NCBI RefSeq assembly: GCF_963921235.1
Contig: NC_086097.1
Coordinates: forward strand, 187,986,001-188,050,000
Length of the DNA stretch: 64,000 bases
Direction: 5' to 3'
DNA from: Mobula hypostoma
Taxonomy: Eukaryota
The position numbers and the translations under genes are program-made. The notes under the pieces are model-generated. The model was not told where the DNA came from and did not search any database. It worked only from the letters and a program-made list of their open reading frames with translations. Of the stretch, positions 24,950 through 37,603 are shown piece by piece. Numbering within the stretch: the first letter of the stretch is position 1; the number at the start of each line of letters is the position of its first letter.

Positions 24950-27900
24950 AACGGTATAAGTGAACTAGGGTAAAATCACAATCAAGTGTGGGTTGTGTTT
25001 TTAAAAACCCAATAACTGATTTGCTGATAATAAATGAGTAATGAGTAACAATGGGAATTTCAGATTCTGCAAACACCACTAGATGTTCTATCTACATTTG
25101 AAGTGCATGGTTGTTGTAAACGATAAAATGAAGAATTGGTAAGCAACATGAAGTTATTTAGTTAATGCATCATTTCAACAGTGAAGATTATTGTATCCAT
25201 GAATACCAGTCTTTATCCTAAAGAAGAACAAAAGTTTAAATTACTAAATTGATTGCAAATGAAATTTTCATCAAAAATTATAAATGATTTTTCTTTGTGG
25301 TTATCAACAGTAAATTAATTAAAAAAAAACAGACAAGATCCAAACTTAAATTAGTTTATTTAAATAGGTTCAAAATTAATCTCATTTTATTGTATGATTT
25401 AATGGATGAAAATTTAATGTAAAATGAACTTAGTGTTACGTTATTTTACAGTGCATTAAGCATTCACAATTATGCAGATAAAGTGTTTGCAATATAAATG
25501 TGTTAAATGAATCTTACTCATAACTGTTATAATACAATTTTATGCCAATTCTCCAGAAAATGGTTGGAACTCTCTGGCCTTAAATAAAATACCATTTGTT
25601 CACTTGAGTGCAAATAAATTAATGGGAAATGTAAGAAGATCCTTTTATATGGTGTAAACATTATGTCATTGCAAGACTAAAACCTTGTTAACTTTTTTCA
25701 GGATAAATTCAGCTTGTGCTCTAGATGTGCTGTAAATAGAAAAGTGGAGTTCTTAAATGATGAGAGATTGAAAGGTATTCATGTTGTCAGGGATCTGAGT
25801 GTCCTTGTGCATGAATTAATGAAAAATAACATGCAGTTATAGGAAGCAATTAGGAAAGAGAACAGGAAGTGAATTGAACTTTAAGCTGGAAGAAAAGATA
25901 TAATATGATGCTTGAGGAGTAGAGCTACTCATCATATCACCATCAGACCTACAAGAGTGCAGATGTTCTGGTCCAAATTTATAGGCCTACTGTATACCAA
26001 ATCTGCATCTAAAAAATTAGTCCCTACATAAGGAATATCATAGTAACAGAGGGAAGTCAGAGAATGAATACCAAATGGAAACTTGGTTTGGTGCTCTTGC
26101 TGCTTGAGAAGAGATTAAACTACTTGCTCCTATACTCTAATTTTTAAAAAAATACAAAGCGATGAAAGCACTCAGCAGGTCAAATGTACCAGAGGGGATA
26201 CAAGTAGAGATAACTTCTTAGGTCATGGACCCTCCCTCAGAACTAGAAAAGTGATTTTTTTTGTCGTTTATTCACTTACAGAATGTGGGCATTGTTAGAT
26301 AATCCAGCATTTATTGCCCAACCCTAGTTTCCCTTGAGAAGGTGGTGAAGAGCTGCCTTTTTGAACCTCTGCAGTCCCTAATGTGTGAAAGTGAGAAGAC
26401 CAAAGTGCTTTAAGTAGCAGAAAGGCTTGGAAACAGAGGCCGTATCTATTATATTGTGTAGACAAAAGGTAAAAATTACTTTAATCCATCAGTTAAAGTA
26501 AAACAATAATATATATGAAAGGAATTGAAACAGGGAGTTGCAGCCACATCTGCGATCAGAGATACAAAATTCATTATTTTTAATTTTAATATTAAGAATG
26601 TCATGTTATTTTTGTACTTTTGATCTTATGATATTCCCTTAGTGTGTAGTGTATTTAAATTATGATTTCATATATGATTTGTAATGCCATAAGTCTACTG
26701 TATATCCAAAGAGTTTCATATTGTAGCTTTCACATTGGTTACCATGAGATTTGAATTACTATTCTGAAGGAGTTAGAACTTCTGGATTTTAGAATAGCTT
26801 GCCACAGAGCAGAAAACTGTGTAAACCACCTCCTTTGTGAAATAGATACAATGCTGTAACAGAGTGGACAATTTTAATTTCTAAAAAGATGTTTTTGAAT
26901 TGAATGTAAAAATCTCAATCTCTAAACCAACACTAATTTGCAATGGGCTGAACTGTTCTAGTTTTAAGGGAGACAGGATGTTGAGGAGGGAGGAATTCTA
27001 GAGCAATTGGAAGCAGCTAACCAACACATTCTTAGGAAGTTGATTCTCATCTCAGAATTTATTTCTCATATAGCTTTAAATTAGGTAGTCTGGGTTTCAG
27101 AGGCTTCGGGAAACCTGGTGTGTAAAGGAGACAAGGCACTGTGGATGAAGAGCCAAAACCAATATAAGGGCCTGCCCATTCCCAGTCAGTTAAGACAACC
27201 TGCTTCCCAGCTGACTGGAACAACACTCCTTTTTTATTGTTACTAATGATCATACTCTGATATTACAAGCCACAGTGCCATCCACCAGACCCTCACATAT
27301 CTATCTTTGACTTGTATTCCAGCAAAGAAACATCCCCATAGTTAGGCTGCTTTTACTCTCTGGGTGGGAGGAACTCAAACCTTGCAATCAAGCTTATTGG
27401 AGACAAATTTCCTGCTGGAAGAAAAGCTAAAACATGGTGCTTAAGAAGTAGAGCTAGTCATCAAATCACCAGCAATCCAATATTTGTAAACCTGTCCTGA
27501 TAGAGATTAGAGCAAATGTCTCCTATAGAAGAATAAAAATGCTATTGCTATGCAAGATTGTGTTTCACCTTGGAATAATGTTCAATTCAAAAATCGACAT
27601 GGAATGCAGAATTTTGAGAGTGGTCATATCCGTGCCCTTAGCTGATAGAGATCGAGTAAAGCATTGAAATCTCCATGTTATGTTTTCCAATTAAATCAGG
27701 CTATTTAAAAAATTTGGTTATGAGCTGATAATTTATCTATCATTCTACTACTATATGAAAACTTATATTTTTAAACACAATTTGGTTTAATAATTTTATT
27801 TTATTGTGGTGTATTGGGATGATTTTTAAAATATGCCAGGCTGAACAATATTGGTTTGAGACTGTTAAAATATCAGATGAGACACTACAACCACTGTGCA

Positions 27901-28175
27901 TCAGTGTTGGGGGGAGTGATTGTCTGCAGTGGTGATTAGGATGTCAAACAAGCACACAAGTTAGTCATTGATTATGCTCACCTTCTTGAGAGTTGTTAAA
28001 GCTGAACGTATCTGGGCATGTGAAGAGTATTGAGACACAAGGGGCTGCAGATGTATGAACCTAAAGCAAAATATAAACTGCAGAGAAAACTCAGCAGGTC
28101 AAACAGCATCTGTAGAGCCAAAGAGATGATCTCTATTTTGAGTTGAGCCTCCGTATCAGGACTGAGTGTATAGAG

Positions 28176-28255
28176 CAAGGGTTTCCAACCTTTTTTATAC
28201 AATGGACCCCTACCATTAGCTGAGGGGTCTGTAAACATCAGGTTAGGGACCCCTG
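28176..28255. mobile_element. 80-bp hAT-type MITE nested in an old PLE fragment (~28035-28330)
   Basis: TIRs CAAGGGTTTCCAACC / GGTTAGGGACCCCTG; 8-bp TSD GTATAGAG (28168-28175) / TTATAGAG (28256-28263). Confidence 0.8.
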
Positions 28256-28367
28256 TTATAGAGGGAAGATGGCCAGTATAAAAAAAATGAGGTGAGAGAG
28301 AGAATGAACAGTAATAAGTAGAAATACAAGAAGAGGAAGAAGAAATATATTTTGGAAACATGGAACT

Positions 28368-28532
28368 GGGGTGTTCTCCCTGTGACTGCATGGGTTTCCT
28401 CTGGGTGCTCCAGTTTCCTCCCATACTGCAAAGACATGCAGTCCAGTAGGTTAATTGGTCATACGAGTGTATTTGGGCAGTACATGCTCGTTGGTCCAGA
28501 AGGCCTGTTACTCTATCTACATCTCTAAATAA
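28368..28532 (+). mobile_element. V-domain SINE fragment
   Basis: GTGACTGCATGGGTTTCCTCTGGGTGCTCCAGTTTCCTCCCA core. Confidence 0.7.
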
Positions 28533-30485
28533 AATTAATGCACTGTATATTTAAAAGGATAGTCTAAATTAGTATCCTTAGAGACACTAAAATTTTAGCC
28601 CTCATTGGACACCACTGTTTTGAAGAAATACATTCCAAAATCTACACACAGTACAAGACAACAAACAACTATCAATGACTATAGTTTAAGCTCATAAATT
28701 ACTAGAATTTTATTTTATGCACAATAGAAATGAACATATTCCAGATTCAATTTATTGCTATAAAAACATTTGATTGACCATAATTTAATGGATTCTTGGT
28801 TCTTAGATTACTAAACAAATTTGTTATTTCTCTGAAAATAAACATTGAAAAAACTACAAATTACAGATAGTAGAAGCAAAAATGATTTATATTATGTTGC
28901 AGCTCTCACAACACTTCCAATGCATCCCAAAGTGCTTTACAGTCAATGTAGTATCTTTGACATGTTGAATTATAGCAACCACTTTGTGCACAGCAGGCTT
29001 CCACAAACAGCAATATGATAATGATCAAATAATCTGTATCACTGATCTTAATTAAGATATTTGCTATGACTCTGAGGACAACCCACTAGCAGAGAGGTAC
29101 AGCATCTTAAAACCTAAGAGAACAGATGGGGTTATATTTTTAGCAAGTTGTCCTAAAGGCTGCACCCACAAGGTTGCATTTGGGTATGTGATTGAATGTT
29201 ATGCTCAACTTTAAGACCTATGCATTCTTTTCACACTTGACTATTAGGGAATAAGTATTTGGAATATTTCCACTTATAGTTGCCTTAATTTTTCTTTATC
29301 TGAGATAAAACTTAAAATTCCTTTCCAATCTTGATTTCTTTGCCAACTATAGTCATAATATGATACTAACCATGCAAATTCATAACTCACTGTTAGATGG
29401 AAACAAATGAAATGGAGAGAAATAAATTGCTATTTTTTATAATAGAACCTCCACCTGCTGAGATAAATTGGTATCACAGCATCCTGTCAATCCGTAACTA
29501 GCTTTTCATTGTCAACAGTTGCAATCTCTCTTGAAATTTAGGAAAATCTTTGGAGAATACCAACAGAGAAAAGACATGTTGAATTTCCACAAAATGGGAT
29601 CAAATATCTAATAAAAAGATAGTATTTCATGATTATTTTGTATTATTGGTATTTCTCTTATTTAAAACTCAAGGAGTTCTTGATGCTATATATACACAGG
29701 ACATAAAGAGTGCATTAAATCAATGTCTGCCTTTTTCATTCCATCTTTCGGAATGCCTGACTTTATTCTGTGTAAATTCTAGAAGCCCAGATGCTTTAGG
29801 GTTCTCCAAACATAACACAGAACAATGGCAGTTAAGAATGATTTGCAAATATTCTCCTTCAAGTACCTAATCAGGCATTAAATGTCAAATAACATGGGTA
29901 TTATTCTGAAGTATAGATCAATCAAGGTGTCATTGCACAATTTCTGAGAAAAAAATATTTTCAGCTCTGAGATTTGCAAAGATATGACAAGATTTTCTCA
30001 TTTCAATGGACTACAGTCATGTTTCACAATCCCAAGAATTCAATTGTCTATCGGCCTGCTAACTGACAATATTACTGATAAGACTGATACAAAGAAAAGA
30101 AAATAGATATTTGCTGCATGGTTAAATAGGTACTTAGCCTATTAATTACCAAGCGTTTATGGCATTTAATGGAAAATTAATGAACACATTGAGTAGTTTC
30201 TTAAAAATAAGGACACTCATCATGGAATGCTGTTTGTATTAAATTAAATGGTGTGATTGCTTTAATTAAACAACTAATCAGTTATTTCTTCACCAGACAA
30301 ATCTTTCCCTCTAGCACTTTCATCTTCATCCTTCCACCTCTATCAATACTTATCATCGAATCTTCACATTGCAAACACTGGAGATGCAATACCTACCTTT
30401 TTAATCTCCTCCCTTCCCAACATCTAGTGACCAAAACACTCATTTCAAGCAACACAGCAAATTATTTTTTCATTTTAAGTTAGTA

Positions 30486-31333
30486 CAGGTGCACATTCCT
30501 TTATCCGAAATTCTGAAATCCAAAAAGCTCCGAAAACCGAAGTTTTTTCGCCAACAGCTGACGTCACTCAGGTGTGACGTGGCAGCACTAGCAGAGGCCG
30601 CCAGACGTCAGTTGTGGCTCAGCGCTTGTACTGGTTACACATGCATTTGCTGTTCACTGATATTTTGCGTTCACTGTTGACTTTGTGTTTAATTTCACTG
30701 TGGAAATATCAAAAAGAGCTGCAGATACTCCTATGGGTAACAATGAAAAAAAGAGAAGGAAACATCTATCATTATCAACAACGCAGAAAGTGGAGTTATT
30801 GCAGAAGCTTGATTGCGGTGTGTCTGTGTGGTGTTTTACTGAAGAAAATAGTGTCGAAACTACCACTGTATATGATTTAAATAGACAGAAAGTCAAGTTA
30901 CTGAAGTTTTATAGTGACAGTGACAGTGATGTTCTACCTTATATTCTAATAAGTCATTTACCCTTGATTGTTTGATTCGGTTCATTTGAAGCTATATATT
31001 TTTATGTTTTATTGAATGTTTTTGTTGGAAATAAATTTTTTTCTTGTCATTATTCCCTAAACAATACAGTATAACAACTACTTACATTACATTTACATTG
31101 TATTAGCTATTATAAGTAATCTAGGGATGATTTAAAGTATCTGGGAGGATGTGTGTAGGTTTGGTACGCCGCCGGGTCCTAAAGTCCACCTCACTGAGAC
31201 AAGTTAAATCAGGGACTTGAGCATACGTGTTTTTTGGTATCGGCGGCGGGGGGGGGGGGTCTGAAATCCGAAAAATTCTCAATTCCGAAATGCAACTGGC
31301 CCCAAGGATTTCGGATAAGGGATTGTGGACCTG
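30486..31333 (+). mobile_element. Tigger/pogo DNA transposon, internally deleted
   Basis: TIRs CAGGTGCACATTCCTTTATCCGAAAT / ATTTCGGATAAGGGATTGTGGACCTG; TA at 30484-30485 and 31334-31335; ORF 30685-30975 encodes a CENP-B-type N-terminal HTH (KRRKHLSLSTTQKVELLQKLD). Confidence 0.92.
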
Positions 31334-31384
31334 TAGTCTCTTTCAGGTTAAGTTAACAAAACACAGGTTAGGTGATTACTTTGT

Positions 31385-32370
31385 CGAATATTTCTGAACA
31401 TTCACCAGCAGTGAATGGCAAATCAATTAACATGGAATTGGATTATGGCTCAGCTGTTTCAATCATTCCACAAAATGAGTTTGAACAGCTTTTCTAAGAT
31501 ACTAAACTGAAGCCTGTGGAAATGACATTTGAAACAGTGAAATACAGTAATGAACAAGACACATTGATGTGTGGTAAAATCAGGAGGGCCAGCATTGTGG
31601 AGCAAAGTAAATGACTGAGACAGCTACAACTTGATTGGAGATCCATCCACCATTTACATGCTACATCCCCCTGCAATAGAATCAACTGAAAGTGAATTAA
31701 GAAAGCAGTGTTCAAGGATGGTATTGGAAAACTCAAACATATCAATGATAAAATTGTGTTAAATGAAAATGCCACACCCAAGTTTCACAAAGCCCATCCA
31801 GTTCCTTCTACCTTCTGTGATAAAGTAGCCAAGAAACATCTCCAAAATCTCAAGGTACTTTTAAAAGGACTAGAAGATTACGGGCTCAGAGCACGACGCA
31901 ACAAATGTAAATCTTTTAAATCAAGCATCACTTACTGTGGTCACACCATCGACGCACAAGCATTACACAAGTGTGCTTAGAAAATTCATGCAAAGCTGTA
32001 TGATCCAAAGGCAAAGGATGTGTCACAGCTGTGGTCCTTTTTATGATTTGTCAATTACTATAACAGGTCCCTGCCAAACCCTGCTCCTGTGTTCCCTTGA
32101 ACTCATTACTACAGATTGTGAAGAAATGGCAATGGACAAAGCAAATTACTTCCTAAATAATCTTTCCTAAAGACAAAGAAAATGGTGACATCAGACGCCA
32201 TACCATTTCATCCAGTGAAGCTTGCCACTGCAGAGAATAATTATGCATAGATTAACAGAGAAGCTTTGCGTCTAATTTTGACTGTAAGACGCTTCAACCA
32301 GTACTTGTATGGGAGGGAGTTCACCATAATTACTGATGATCAACCCCTGGTGTCCATTTTCAACCCACTA
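31385..32370 (+). mobile_element. Degenerate Gypsy pol remnant (PR-RT-RH) with large internal deletions
   Basis: VNGKSINMELDYGSAVSII; PKFHKAHPVP; GLRARRNKC..YCGHTID; QYLYGREFTIITDDQPL. Confidence 0.8.
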
Positions 32371-32428
32371 GATTAGCTACTTCACTCTTCAAGTATTTTT
32401 TATTCATGTTTAGGGTGTGATATTGCTT

Positions 32429-33311
32429 ACATGAGGAATTCTGCAGATGCTGGAAATTCAAGCAACGCCCATCAAAATTGCTGGTGAATGCAGCAGGCCA
32501 GGCAGCATCTCTAGGAAGAGCTAGTAAGAGATTTGAAAGTGGGAGGGGGAGGGGGAGATCCAAAATGACAGGAGAAGACAGGAGGGGGAGGGATGGAACC
32601 AAGAGCTGGGAAGGTGACTGGCAAAAGGGATATGAGAGGATCATGAGACAGGAGGCCCAGGGAGAAGGAAAAGGGGGAGGGGTGGAACCCCAAGGATGGG
32701 GGAGGGGTGCAACCCTGAGGATAGGCAAGGGGTATAGTCAGAGGGACAGAGAGAGAGAAAGGAGAGAGAGAGAAAGAATGTGTGTATATAAATAAATAAT
32801 GGATGGGTCTCCTCTACTGTAAAGATGAAGCCACACTCAGGTTGGAGGAACAACACCTTATATTCCGTCTGGGTAGCCTCCAACCTGATGGCATGAATAT
32901 TGACTTCTCAAACTTCTGCTAATACCCCACCTCCCCCTCGTACCCCATCCATTACTTATTTATATACACACATTCTTTCTCTCTCCCTCCTTTTTCTCCC
33001 TCTGTCCCTCTCACTATACCCCTTGCCCATCCTCTGGGTTTTTTCCCCCTTCCCCCTCTTCCTTCTCCCTGGGCCTCCTGTCCCATGATCCTGTCATGTC
33101 CCTTTTGTCAATCAACTGTCCAGCTCTTGGCTCCATCCCTCCCCCTCCTGTCTTCTCCTATCATTTTGGATCTCCCCCTCCCCCTCCCACTTTCAAATCT
33201 CTTACTAGCTCTTTCTTCAGCTAGTCCTGATGAAGGGTCTCAGCCTGAAACGTCGACTGTACCTCTTCCTAGAGATGCTGCCTGGCCTGCTGCGTTCACC
33301 AGCAACTTTGA
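32429..33311. mobile_element. Inverted PLE insertion
   Basis: 13-bp TSD TGTGATATTGCTT (32416-32428 and 33312-33324); minus arm to ~32805; plus arm includes GIY-YIG C-terminus (LEEQHLIFRLGSLQPDGMN). Confidence 0.92.
33223..33258 (+). ncRNA. Minimal type I hammerhead ribozyme
   Basis: AGTC CTGATGA AGGGTCTCAGCCT GAAAC GTC GACT. Confidence 0.85.
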
Positions 33312-34519
33312 TGTGATATTGCTTGTAAGGTTAGCATTTAATGTACATTCCTGGATGGCCTTGCACAAGTGATAATAAATTACCTCACTGAACAATGGTA
33401 ATCCTTGTTTAAGTAGTATTTTCAGGAATTTGACAGTAATGATGACAAATGATGATATGTGTTCAAGTCAGCATGGAGTTTGACTTCGAGGGGATCTTGC
33501 CAGTGGTATCATTCCCATTCTCCAGTTGCTCCTATCCTTTCATATGGTAAAGGTCAGTAAGCATTATTACGGGAGCCTTGATAGTTACTTCATTGCATTT
33601 TGTTGATGGTATGTACTGTATCCAAGGTCCTTCATGTGGTTGATAGTTATTATTTGTGTTGGTGGAAGTTGGGAGGGCAAATAAATGTACTGAATTTCCT
33701 GAATAGCACTGAGCTTCTTGAATGTTTTTCAAACTGCAATCACCCAGGAAAGTGAAGAGTATTCAATCATGAACACTGACTTGAGCTACATGGATAGTAG
33801 AAAGTTAGGGCCTTTGTTACGTTTAATTTATTATTTGGTATTTTTATATTTCCAATGCATCATATAAGGCTCATCGAGACTCTGCCAGCTCAAAGGGCAA
33901 GCCTACCAATTCCGTCTCCTCTAATCTAATCTCTCTCACATACCCATTACCACTTCACTAATTCCCCCAGCTGCATAACCAGAGAGAATTTATTCAGCCA
34001 ATTTAGCCACAATACAGGAAGTCTTTGGCTTGTGGAAGGTAACCAGAGTATGTGGGGGAAATCCATAAGCTTACACTTGAGTCAGAATTTAATAAAATCA
34101 CTGCTGCTGTGCAGTACCACAGGGCCACTTGGCAATGCAAGACATCTGAAATTAAAACACAAAATACTGGAAATACTCAACAGTTCGGGCAACATATCCA
34201 GAGAGAGAAATAAAATTTATATTTCAGATATATGCGTTAGAATTGATAAAATCAGTTTAGCGGTTCTGGAGGACTGCCATCAACTGAAACATTAACTCTG
34301 TTTCACTCTCCATAGATGTTAGTCACCCTGCATTATTTCCACAATTTTTTGTTTTAATTACTTTTGTCACTTGCCATAGAATATATATGTATGCGTTCTT
34401 TTGGAGAGTTAGCAGGAGTGCCTTGAATTGAATTGCCTTACTCTGTGCTGCTAAATCCAAATTCCTGTTATCACAGCATTTTAGAAAAGATTTTCCTGTA
34501 TCTAACTAGATAGATCCTA

Positions 34520-34742
34520 TGTGTCTAAATAGATCCTACTGGTCCTTCAAGCCAGGCTGCCCAGCAATCCCTGATTTAATCCTAGCCTAACCACGAACAA
34601 ATTACAATTACCAGTACCTCTTTGGACTGTGAGAGGAAACCCACGTGGTCATGGGCAGAACATACAAACTCCTTACAGGCAGTATCAGGAATTGAACCAG
34701 TACTGTAAGGCTTTGTGCTAACCACTACACTAGCATGCTGCC
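34520..34742 (-). mobile_element. V-domain tRNA SINE
   Basis: GGAAACCCACGTGGTCATGG..GGAATTGAACC..GCTAACCACTACAC. Confidence 0.7.
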
Positions 34743-34799
34743 TTGTTTCTACTTCCAGTATAACATTGCTAGTATCATACTCTGCTGGTGATGCAAGAC

Positions 34800-35190
34800 A
34801 GGCTATGCTGCTTGCACGCCAGCCGCTCTAAACTCATGATAAAGTATTTTCATGTGAACACAGGAAGTATCTCAAGTATGTGTTAAAAGCCTCCTAAAAG
34901 AAATGCATATTCACACTGATTCCAGGGAATCTCCAGCACATGGCAACACAAACAGAAGATGTATCTATGATGATATTGAGTCCAGGCTTCTGGAGTACAA
35001 GACCCTGCACAGGTAACAGAAAGAGTGGACCAGGTCATAGATTACCTACTCTCCACTCCATTGACCACTAACTGTCCCATCTGTTGAAGAGTCTGCAGTT
35101 CTAACATTGCCGTATCATCCTGATCAGGCACTACAAAGCTGGACTGGGAGTAAATCATACTTAATGCTGAGGGGAGGACCTGCCTAAACT
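34800..35190 (+). mobile_element. RTE-type LINE 3' remnant
   Basis: Degenerate KYLKYVLKAS..TDS.ES and CPIC.RVC motifs typical of RTE C-termini. Confidence 0.55.
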
Positions 35191-36363
35191 GAAAATACAG
35201 GGAATAGTGCAAATAAATTTTGGAAACAGAAGTGACATATCAGAGAAAATGATTTAATAACCCAAAAAGAATGTATCTAAAACATTTCAAGTTGATGACT
35301 TTTGACCTTGATATTCATCAAAGTGAATATGGCGAAAGGTTGTTGAACCAAAATATTTTTCTCTCTAAATCTGATTTGCTGATTATTCCCAGTATTTTCA
35401 GTTTTTCTTTCAGATTTCAATTTTTCAGTTATTTTTGTTTAGTTTTAGAAATGGATCTAAAATGGATAGAGCTAAAACCAACGATTAAGTTTTGTTTTAG
35501 TGGCATGGATACACAAAATTAATTAGAGAGGAGGAACAATGAGTATAAGTCTAGAGGATAGTCCTTAGAGTAAGGTTGAGACTAAGATTGGTTCAATCAT
35601 GATTATATAGAATGGTGTAGCAGTTCAGGACACCATATTGTTATTTCAGTTTAGGTTTTAATATTAACCATGGCAATATTAACAAAAGTGTGAGCACATG
35701 ATGCAATAGAGAGTGCTTTACAGAAACATGACACTTAAACACAATAATTAAGAGACTACTGTAGCTTTATTTGTCACATTTGCAAAATCAACCAATACAG
35801 TCCAAAAAACTGCTGGAGCAGCCCACAAGGGTCACCCTGTTTCTGGGACTAACATAGATGCCTACAACCTGCTAAACCTAACCCATACATCTTTTGGAAT
35901 GTGAGAGGAAACTAGAGGGAATTACACAATAAGACATAGGAAAAGAACCAGGCCATTCAGCCCATTGGGTCTGCTCCACTATTTCATCATGGCTGATTTA
36001 TTACCCCTCTCAACCCCATTCTTCTTCCTTCTCTCCATAACCTTAGATGCCCTTACTAATCAAGAACTTATCAAACACAGTTTTAAAAATACCCAACAAC
36101 TTGGCCTCCACAGCTGTCTGTGGAAAGAATACCACAGATTCACCGCCTTCTGGCTAAAGAAATTCTACCCCATCTCTGTTCTAAAGTGATATCCTTCTAT
36201 TCTGAGGTTGTGCTCTTTGGACCTAGACTCCCCCACTATAGGAAACATTCTCTCCATGTCTACTCTATCTAGGCCTTTCAATATTCAGCAGGTTTCAATT
36301 AGATCCCCCTCATTCTTTTAAACTCCAGGAAGTATAGCCCCAGAGACATCAAACTATCCTCAT

Positions 36364-36673
36364 TTGAGATAATTGATGGATTCTCCACGATCTAATTGTA
36401 AATTTTTTTGGTGCTTTCTTTTTTTGATGGTGGTTTGATGTTTATCTTTAGAAGCTTTATGTATGATGCATGGCTCTGGGGTTGAAAACACCTAATGAGA
36501 TTTTTCTTTTTTCCCACTTTTCTTGCTTAGTAGGGGTTTTTTTTCCATCACAAAATTTTTTCAATCTATATATAATGTTTTTTTTCTTGAGACATTGTAA
36601 GTGTTGTTTACTTCCATGTACTCGTGTTTATTTTGGAAAAAAAAATAATAAAAAGATTTGAAAAGAAAGAAAG
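36364..36673 (+). mobile_element. Retroposed 3'UTR-like fragment (L1-type?)
   Basis: AATAAA plus (GAAA)n tail; TSD AAACTATCCTC (36351-36361 and 36674-36684). Confidence 0.6.
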
Positions 36674-36765
36674 AAACTATCCTCGTATACTAACCCTTCC
36701 ATTCCCAGAATCATTCTCATGAACCTTCTCTGGCGCCACTCTAATACCAGCACATTATTTCTTAG

Positions 36766-36944
36766 CAACACACAAAATGATGGTGGAACGCAGCAGGCCA
36801 GGCAGCATCTATAGGAAGAAGTACAGTACACATTTCGGGCTGAGACTGTACTTCTTCCTATAGATGCTGCCTGGCCTGCTGCGTTCCACCAGCATTTTGT
36901 GTGTGTTGCTTGAATTTCCAGCATCTGCAGCTTTCCTCGTGTTT
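36766..36944. mobile_element. Palindromic mini-PLE (hairpin)
   Basis: 14-bp TSD ACATTATTTCTTAG (36752-36765 and 36945-36958); ~65-bp near-perfect arms. Confidence 0.9.
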
Positions 36945-37335
36945 ACATTATTTCTTAGATAAGTGGCCCAGAACTGCTCGCAATACTCCATTTGCAGTCT
37001 GACAAATATCTTCTCTCAGCATTTCATACTTGCTTTTATATTCTAGACCTCTCAAAATGAATGCTAAGATTGCATTTGCTTTCCTTACCACCGACTCAAT
37101 TTGCAAGTTAACCTCCAGGCAATTCTGAATGAGGGCTTCCAAGTCCTATAATCATAAAGGTTGCACTACATAGAAGCAGCCCCTTTGGCCCACCATGTTG
37201 ACTATCATGCCTATCTATACAAATACCAATTTGCTGCAAACAACAGGAGTTCTGCAGATGCTGGAAATTCAAGCAACACACATAAAAGTTGCTGGTGAAT
37301 GCAGCAGGCCAGGCAGCATCTCTAGGAAGAGGTGC

Positions 37336-37371
37336 AGTCGACATTTCAGGCCGAGACCCTTCGTCAGGACT
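37336..37371 (-). ncRNA. Minimal hammerhead ribozyme variant (GAAAU)
   Basis: Reverse complement AGTC CTGACGA AGGGTCTCGGCCT GAAAT GTC GACT. Confidence 0.7.
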
Positions 37372-37567
37372 AACTGAAGGAAGAGTGAGTAAGGGATTTG
37401 AAAGTTGGAGGGGGAGGGGGAGATCCAAAATGATAGGAGAAGACAGGAGGGGGAGGGATGGAGCCAAGAGCTGGACAGGTGATAGGCAAAAGGGATACGA
37501 GAGGATCATGGGACAGGAGGTCCTCCCCCTCCAACTTTCAAATCCCTTACTCACTCTTCCTTCAGTT

Positions 37568-37603
37568 AGTCCTGACGAAGGGTCTCGGCCTGAAACGTCG
37601 ACT
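37568..37603 (+). ncRNA. Minimal type I hammerhead ribozyme
   Basis: AGTC CTGACGA AGGGTCTCGGCCT GAAAC GTC GACT. Confidence 0.85.

Larger units (their letters stand above)
35928..37145 (-). mobile_element. CR1 3' fragment hosting two nested insertions
   Basis: NLQIESVVRKANAILAFI (ORF 36948-37142); EYCEQFWA; CR1 3' end near 35930. Confidence 0.85.

Noticed and set aside
22323..24958. ACGGTATA at 22323-22330 and 24951-24958 as a CR1 TSD
   Set aside because: The left copy is ~65 bp from the CR1 5' junction; an 8-mer match may be chance
27059..27253. 64-aa minus ORF in non-repeat DNA
   Set aside because: No recognisable motif and no splice donor
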